DNA from: an uncultured Candidatus Woesearchaeota archaeon
GTDB taxonomy: Archaea > Nanobdellota > Nanobdellia > Woesearchaeales > B29-G15
Direction of reading: 5' to 3'
DNA length: 64,000 nt
Assembly: GCA_903915225.1 (NCBI GenBank)
Contig: CAIWSB010000080.1
Coordinates: forward strand, 21,459-85,458
Part shown: positions 58,969 to 64,000 of the stretch, piece after piece
Layout: the number at the start of each line of letters is the position of its first letter
Numbering within the stretch: the first letter of the stretch is position 1
Made by a program: the position numbers and the translations under genes
The notes under the pieces: generated by a model
The model's input: the letters and a program-made list of their open reading frames with translations, nothing else
Database searches by the model: none
What the model was told of the DNA's origin: nothing

Positions 58969-59374
58969 GGTAGGTTCGGTATGCATTAAGATCGCAGGAA
59001 GGGATTCCAACAATTTCTGTGCTGTTGTCAAGAAAATTGATGATAATTTTGTCCTCATTGAAGGGAATGTGAGACGCAGGAAGTGCAGCATCAAGCACCT
59101 CCAGCCCCAGAACATCAAGATGGAGCTTAAGGATGATGCTTCTTATGAGGATGTCATGAAGGCCTTCAAGAAGGAAGGCATTGTGACTAAGGAGAAGCAG
59201 GGTTTCAAGGGCAAGCCACAGGAGAAGAAACCTGGCAAGGTTCAGAAGGAAAAGCCAGCCAAGGAGAAACCAGCCGAGCCAACTGAAGTAAAGCCGGCAG
59301 AAGCAAAGCCTGCTGAGGAAAAGCCGAAGAAGGCTCCTGTCAAGAAGGCTCCAAAGCCCAAAAAGGAAGAGTAG
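58961..59374 (+). CDS. rpl14e: 50S ribosomal protein L14e (eL14) with a K/P/E-rich tail. Track start is TTG; ATG at 58961.
   Basis: KOW-type MFEVGSVCIKIAGRDSNNFCAVVKKIDDNFVLIEG. Confidence 0.8.
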   Translation: MFEVGSVCIKIAGRDSNNFCAVVKKIDDNFVLIEGNVRRRKCSIKHLQPQNIKMELKDDASYEDVMKAFKKEGIVTKEKQGFKGKPQEKKPGKVQKEKPAKEKPAEPTEVKPAEAKPAEEKPKKAPVKKAPKPKKEE

Positions 59375-59752
59375 TTAACCCTTTACTTTTTTCTCGTAAA
59401 TTTCAATAGCATTCCTTAGGCCCTCGGCTGCAAGGTTTGAGCAGTGCATTTTCACCGGAGGCAGACCGTTGAGTGACTTTGCCACATCATCGCGGGTTAT
59501 CTTTTTGGCCTCTTCGAGTGTCTTACCCAGAGCAAGCTCTGTAACCATGGAGCTTGTGGCAATAGCAGCAGCGCAGCCCATTGTCTCAAAGCCAATGTCA
59601 GCAATCTTGTTGTCTTTAACTTTAATGTATATGTACATTACATCACCACACACAGGATTGCCTACTTTGCCAACTGCATCAAACTCTTTGAGCTTTCCCA
59701 TGTGTTTTGGGTGAGTGAAATGTGCCATTACCTCATCTGAATATAGTCCCAT
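59375..59752 (-). CDS. iscU: Fe-S cluster assembly scaffold IscU/NifU
   Basis: GNPVCGDVMYIY...GCAAAIATSS...HCSNLA, the three conserved Cys. Confidence 0.9.
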   Translation of the reverse strand: MGLYSDEVMAHFTHPKHMGKLKEFDAVGKVGNPVCGDVMYIYIKVKDNKIADIGFETMGCAAAIATSSMVTELALGKTLEEAKKITRDDVAKSLNGLPPVKMHCSNLAAEGLRNAIEIYEKKVKG

Positions 59753-59754
59753 GT

Positions 59755-60888
59755 TTATTCCCCCTTGAACGGGCTCATTTCGCGGAGCCTTTTTACTATT
59801 GGTGCTATGCTATCTAGGAAATAATCAATCTCCTCTTCGGTTGTGTACCTGCTGAGGGTAATTCTAATGCTACCATGGGCATCTTCCGGACGAAGGCCGA
59901 TTGCCAGGAGCACATGTGAGGGCTGAAGTGTGAGCGAGGAGCAGGCAGAGCCTGTTGACACTGCAATTCCCCGCGCGTCAAGGTGCAGGAGAATTCCTTC
60001 ACCCTCTATATGCTTAAAGGAAACATTAACATTATTTGGAAGCCGTTGAGTGGGGTGGCCGTTGAGGAAGGTCTCGGGGATTTTGATTAGTTCTGTGATT
60101 AATTTATCCCTCAGCTTCACCATATTGTTTGGCTGTTCACTGAGCTCAACTGCCCTAGCAAAACCCACAATCCCCGCGGTGTTTATTGTTCCACTACGGA
60201 TGCCTCTCTCGTGCCCGCCACCATATACTATTGGCTCCAACTTAACCTCTTTTCTCACATACAGCAGCCCCACGCCCTTGGGCCCATGAAGCTTATGGGC
60301 AGAGGCAGATAGCAGGTCTATGTTCATGGACTTTACATCAATTGGAACTTTGCCCAGTGCTTGGACAGCATCAGTGTGGAAGTACACGTTGTGTTTGTGA
60401 CAAATTACCCCAATCTCACGGATTTGTTGGATTGTGCCAATCTCATTGTTTGCAAATACTATTGTCACCAGAATTGTGTCCTTTGTGATTGCATTCTCGA
60501 GCTCCCCAAGGTCCATTAAACCAAAACGGTTAACCTTAAGATAGGTTACTTTGTAGCCCTTGTGTTCTAGTGCTTTGCATGTTTCTAGCACAGCAGGGTG
60601 CTCGATGCTGGATGTGATTATGTGCTTTCCAGGCAGTGCCCTGGCAACGCCCTGAATAGCAATATTGTCGGACTCTGTCCCTCCTGAAGTAAAAACTATT
60701 TCCTTGGGGTCTGCATTGATTGATTTTGAAATCACAGACCTGGCATTTTCAACAGCCTCTCTTGCTACTTGACCAAAGGTATGGATGGAAGAAGGGTTTC
60801 CATACTCCTCTAGGAAGAATGGTTTCATTGCCTCCAGAACCTCTGGCGCAGTCCTGGTGGTTGCGCCGTTATCCAGATATACTCTCAT
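59755..60888 (-). CDS. iscS: Cysteine desulfurase IscS/NifS. Track start 60897 is GTG; ATG at 60888.
   Basis: PLP-lysine SAHKLHGPKG and catalytic STGSACSS. Confidence 0.9.
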   Translation of the reverse strand: MRVYLDNGATTRTAPEVLEAMKPFFLEEYGNPSSIHTFGQVAREAVENARSVISKSINADPKEIVFTSGGTESDNIAIQGVARALPGKHIITSSIEHPAVLETCKALEHKGYKVTYLKVNRFGLMDLGELENAITKDTILVTIVFANNEIGTIQQIREIGVICHKHNVYFHTDAVQALGKVPIDVKSMNIDLLSASAHKLHGPKGVGLLYVRKEVKLEPIVYGGGHERGIRSGTINTAGIVGFARAVELSEQPNNMVKLRDKLITELIKIPETFLNGHPTQRLPNNVNVSFKHIEGEGILLHLDARGIAVSTGSACSSLTLQPSHVLLAIGLRPEDAHGSIRITLSRYTTEEEIDYFLDSIAPIVKRLREMSPFKGE

Positions 60889-61732
60889 TAGTCTCACCTA
60901 TTGTTTGAATTATCTCGCAGGTCCTGCAGCGCCCTGTATTTGAGGGCTCACCGCAGGCGTCGCATAACCTTAGTTTTCCCTCTTGCTTTTTGTGCTGGTG
61001 GCTGGCTAGTGCGAACTCGAGGATGTGCTCCTTTGCCTTTGGTTCAATTTTTTCCACCTCATTAATGAAACCACGCGCATGATTCCTAAATGCATCAACG
61101 CCGCATGGGCATTTTTCATATACTACCGGGAAACCCATAGCTTTTGAGTATTCAGCAATATCCTCTTCAGACACAAAATAGAATGGTTTTACGCGCTGGA
61201 CAAAGTGTTTTGAGGTAAGAACTCCAACAGCTGGGCCCTCACGCATAAACCTTTGCCCGTCATTCCTTAGTATATTCATAATTGTTGCCTGGGCCTCGTC
61301 ATCCATATTATGCCCGGTTGCGACACGGGTGAACTTGTGGCGTCTTGCGTGCTTGTTTACGACATACCTACGCAGGATGCCGCAAATTGTGCAGGATTTG
61401 TATTTCAAGCCGCGTGAGTGGAGTATGGACTTAATGTAACAGAGGCTGTAGCCAAACTCGTCCCGGAAGGAAACCTCTATTAACGGAATATCCTCTTCTA
61501 AGCAGAATTTTTGGAGATTCTTCAGGTTTTCTCTTGTGTAATTGCCTATACCCACATCAACAGTCATAGCAGTAACTTTGTACCCTTGCTTTTTGAGTAT
61601 GTGTAGCAGAGTGGTTGAGTCCTTGCCCCCAGATGCAGCAACAGCTATCATGTCCTCATTTGAGAACAGCTTGAACTTCTTTATGGTCTCCTTGACCTTC
61701 GATTCAACTTCTCCTATCAGTTTGCGTTGCAT
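60869..61732 (-). CDS. ttuA: TtcA/TtuA (Ncs6-like) tRNA 2-thiolation PP-loop ATPase
   Basis: PP-loop SGGKDS, CxxC zinc fingers at both ends (CTICG, CDACG...CRTC). Confidence 0.65.
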   Translation of the reverse strand: MQRKLIGEVESKVKETIKKFKLFSNEDMIAVAASGGKDSTTLLHILKKQGYKVTAMTVDVGIGNYTRENLKNLQKFCLEEDIPLIEVSFRDEFGYSLCYIKSILHSRGLKYKSCTICGILRRYVVNKHARRHKFTRVATGHNMDDEAQATIMNILRNDGQRFMREGPAVGVLTSKHFVQRVKPFYFVSEEDIAEYSKAMGFPVVYEKCPCGVDAFRNHARGFINEVEKIEPKAKEHILEFALASHQHKKQEGKLRLCDACGEPSNTGRCRTCEIIQTIGETNESISG

Positions 61733-62037
61733 TTCCTGTCAGTGAGACGTTTACAGACACCGCAGCATGAGCTTGCATGCTGGTCAATAAGCTTTAGCAT
61801 TGGTATCATTGTCTCCTCATTTAACGAATAGTACCTAAAGTTCTTCTCTTGCCTCACATTCACTACCTTGCACATAAGCAGCTTCCCAAGGTTGTGTGAA
61901 ATTTTGCTCTGCTCCTCATGTATTGCTAAGCATATCTCCCCCACACTCATCGTGCCCCGTTCCTTTAGCAGGGAGATTATCTCCATCCTCACAGGGGTTG
62001 CCAGCAGGTTGAAGAAAAGGTAGTATTTATTAGGCAT
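61717..62037 (-). CDS. ArsR/SmtB-family HTH transcriptional regulator with a C-terminal Cys cluster
   Basis: wHTH VGEICLAIHEEQSKISHNLGKL. C-terminal SSCCGVCKRLTDRKC. Overlaps the ttuA start by 16 nt. Confidence 0.65.
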   Translation of the reverse strand: MPNKYYLFFNLLATPVRMEIISLLKERGTMSVGEICLAIHEEQSKISHNLGKLLMCKVVNVRQEKNFRYYSLNEETMIPMLKLIDQHASSCCGVCKRLTDRKCNAN

Positions 62038-62120
62038 ATGAATCTAAAATCATATAGCTTTTATAAAACTTGTGATACATAGTGGAGTGATAAAATCCAA
62101 GGGAAAAAACCCAGAAAGGC

Positions 62121-62372
62121 CTATAAAACCTTAAAGATAGTGTCACCCGGCCTCACTTGACCCTTCACCTTGAGACCGATGTCGTCGCCCTTATTTACTT
62201 CCTTGACAGGCGCGTGATGGACCTGCATTGACTCAACAACCTCGGTTATATCGGTTGTTGCGCCCTTTATGTGGACCTTGTCACCCACCTTAAAGGGAGC
62301 AGTCACCTGCACTATGGCTACACCTATCTTGGTGAAGAAATGGGTTATTTTCCCAACTTCTAGCTCTTCCAT
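62121..62372 (-). CDS. Small (83 aa) EF-Tu domain-2-like beta-barrel protein, function unknown
   Basis: KVGDKVHIKGATTDITEVVESMQVHHAPVKEVNKGDDIGLKV resembles translation-factor domain II. Confidence 0.4.
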   Translation of the reverse strand: MEELEVGKITHFFTKIGVAIVQVTAPFKVGDKVHIKGATTDITEVVESMQVHHAPVKEVNKGDDIGLKVKGQVRPGDTIFKVL

Positions 62373-62536
62373 ACTTGGATAAATGGCATGGAGATATAAT
62401 AATTTTGCGCCTTAATTCCCATTTTGGCTCTCCCCTCTCCTTAACCGATATATTATCACTATTAGGTAGTTAAAAAACCATAAGATTTTTAAGCGATTGC
62501 TTCTTTTCCATCCCACATTTAGAAAGGTGATTTTGA

Positions 62537-63058
62537 ATGGCTATGTCAGAAGAACAATTTAGAGCGGCATTAAAGACAGAATTAAAGATATATTTTATAG
62601 GAGCAGTAGCAGAAACTGTCCCACAAGAGAAACTCTCGGGCATTGAGGGTGTAGTAAATACAGCTGTGGATCAGCTAGATGTAGGGGCAATTATTGAAGC
62701 TAAAATGCAAGCAGTTCTCTCCGCTTTAGAGCCAGTTGTTTTACGCAAAGCACCAAGCCCAAATGATTATGAGCTAATTGGTGAGAAAACAGTATCCGGC
62801 AGCGCATTGGGATCCAGAGTCAGATGTTATAAGCCCGAACCTGTAATCAAAGCCACCCAACCGAGAGCAATAGCGGTTGCTACTGCCAATGCCCGGAAGG
62901 CCGGGGCAGCAATGGGGGCAGATGCATTGTTTATATCTGACAATCAATTCTCCGCCACAACCGAACTCGCGCGGTATGATACGACTTATGCTGAAGTTGA
63001 GGCTAACCTAACTGTCGCCTTCTATAAGGCGGTGCCTGCACCCAAGGGGACCCTTTAA
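62537..63058 (+). CDS. Hypothetical protein (173 aa), possibly YbjQ/DUF74-like at the C-terminus
   Basis: ORF with AGGTGA SD. Weak resemblance to YbjQ in ANARKAGAAMGADALFISD. Confidence 0.4.
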   Translation: MAMSEEQFRAALKTELKIYFIGAVAETVPQEKLSGIEGVVNTAVDQLDVGAIIEAKMQAVLSALEPVVLRKAPSPNDYELIGEKTVSGSALGSRVRCYKPEPVIKATQPRAIAVATANARKAGAAMGADALFISDNQFSATTELARYDTTYAEVEANLTVAFYKAVPAPKGTL

Positions 63059-63080
63059 GGGTCTCATTAAACTTTTTTTC
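63049..63080 (+). terminator. Hairpin (gaccctt/aagggtc) followed by a T7 run, a candidate terminator
   Basis: An inverted repeat spans the stop codon of the preceding ORF, followed by ACTTTTTTTC. Confidence 0.3.
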
Positions 63081-63138
63081 TATAACTAGTTAACCATCAG
63101 CGATGTTTTTTTAAATATAAAGCTTTTTTTTATGGCAG

Positions 63139-64000
63139 ATGGCCACTAAGAAGAAGAAAGTCTGGTTGGTTTCTGTGGATATGGGGTATGGCCACCAGCG
63201 GGCAGCCTACCCTCTCAAGGATATTGCATACGGCCGCATAATCACCGCTAATAGCGACAAGAACATCAGCCGGGCAGAGCAGGCGACATGGCAACGGCTC
63301 AAGACGTTATATGAGAACGTCTCACGGATGAGGACGCTGCCAGTGATAGGTGGCTTGCTCTGGAAGGCATATGATAGCTTCCAGTCAATCTCACCATATT
63401 ATCCATTTAGGGACCTGTCAAAGCCCAACCTTGGGGCGCTATCTCTGCATAAACTCATCAAAAAAGGATTCATGCAGGGGATTGTTGACTACACAAAGAA
63501 GCTTAGGATGCCATATGTGGCCACATTCTATGCCCCCGCCCTGGCAGCAGCTTACGCCCATGTTAAGGAAGTGTACTGTGTTGTGACAGATACAGACATT
63601 AACCGGGCTTGGGTGCCAGTAGACCCAGATAAAAATAAGCTATATTATCTGACCCCTTCAAGGGAGAGCACCAAGCGACTAATGGCATATGGTGTGCCTG
63701 AGGAACGCATATTCTTTACAGGTTTCCCGCTGCCAAAGGAGAACCTGGGCAGCAACCTGGAGATACTCAAGCGCGATGTTGGTAACAGGCTCCCAAACCT
63801 TGATCCAAATAGGGTTTTCCTGAATCGTTACCACGACACTTTGAAAAAGCATCTTGGCGGGCATCTGCGCCCGCATTCAAACCATCCATTGACAATAACC
63901 TATGCAGTTGGTGGAGCAGGTGCACAGAAAGAAATAGGTTATCTAATAATGAAAAGCCTCAGGGATAAAATCCTCGGGCATAAAATCAAGGTTAACTTGA
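63139..64000 (+). CDS. Glycosyltransferase, GT28-like (MGDG synthase/UgtP-type N-terminal domain). 3'-truncated by the window end and absent from the ORF track.
   Basis: My manual translation gives MATKKKKVWLVSVDMGYGHQRAAYPLKDIAYG..., open for 287 codons to the window edge. The motif K-V-x-L-V-S-x-x-x-G-x-G-H-x-x-A-A matches the GT28 N-terminal domain. Confidence 0.45.
   Translation, partial: MATKKKKVWLVSVDMGYGHQRAAYPLKDIAYGRIITANSDKNISRAEQATWQRLKTLYENVSRMRTLPVIGGLLWKAYDSFQSISPYYPFRDLSKPNLGALSLHKLIKKGFMQGIVDYTKKLRMPYVATFYAPALAAAYAHVKEVYCVVTDTDINRAWVPVDPDKNKLYYLTPSRESTKRLMAYGVPEERIFFTGFPLPKENLGSNLEILKRDVGNRLPNLDPNRVFLNRYHDTLKKHLGGHLRPHSNHPLTITYAVGGAGAQKEIGYLIMKSLRDKILGHKIKVNL

Noticed and set aside
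63350-63586. 78-aa ORF from the track, MACSGRHMIASS...
   Set aside because: Out of frame with, and contained in, the longer open GT28-like frame starting at 63139. No coding features.
1-64000. Search for CRISPR arrays, IS or transposase genes, integrases and rRNA
   Set aside because: No regularly spaced short direct repeats, no transposase or integrase-like ORFs, and no rRNA-like stretches were seen. The only sizeable repeats are intragenic in the surface-protein gene.

Overview
This is an archaeal-type, gene-dense contig. It is called archaeal because the ribosomal cluster encodes S4e, L32e, L19e, L34e, L14e, aSUI1 and RNase P Rpp29 alongside SecY. Genes sit in tight operons with 4-nt ATGA overlaps and GGTGA-type Shine-Dalgarno sites. 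Several ORFs in the supplied track begin at TTG or GTG codons, and I trimmed those to the first in-frame ATG. No rRNA, tRNA or CRISPR array was found in the intergenic spaces. Layout, 5' to 3': (i) a bacterial-type AspRS fragment with an adjacent AsnRS, bacterial-type Lgt, a HerA/DUF87-like ATPase, a PRPP-synthetase-like gene, two tandem paralogous unknown small proteins, TrpRS and RadC. (ii) A roughly 13.5 kb cell-surface island (9.0-22.5 kb) holding a 1472-aa modular cysteine-rich secreted protein with internal near-identical repeats, a single-module secreted paralog, a 593-aa protein with a prepilin-like (class III) signal, and a Cys-rich protein with thrombospondin type-3 Ca-binding repeats and a C-terminal TM anchor. 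A bacterial-type mutS-mutL pair lies in the middle of this island. (iii) CTP synthase, a PriS-like primase with extra Zn ribbons, and AlaX. (iv) A nucleotide-biosynthesis supercluster on the minus strand: pyrE-pyrF-pyrD/K (fused), then an 8-gene purine operon purM-purSL-purQ-purC/E (fused, PAICS-like)-purD-purN-purF. On the plus strand beyond it are a divergent HTH-PRTase regulator, a fused guaA, and two tandem purP paralogs. (v) The main r-protein operon L3 through L15-SecY, followed by a DUF106/YidC-like insertase and L34e-L14e, with no adk or cmk. (vi) A sulfur operon arsR-ttuA-iscS-iscU. (vii) A truncated GT28-like glycosyltransferase at the 3' edge that the ORF track missed. The most novel material is the surface island with its recurrent, unnamed Cys-rich module.
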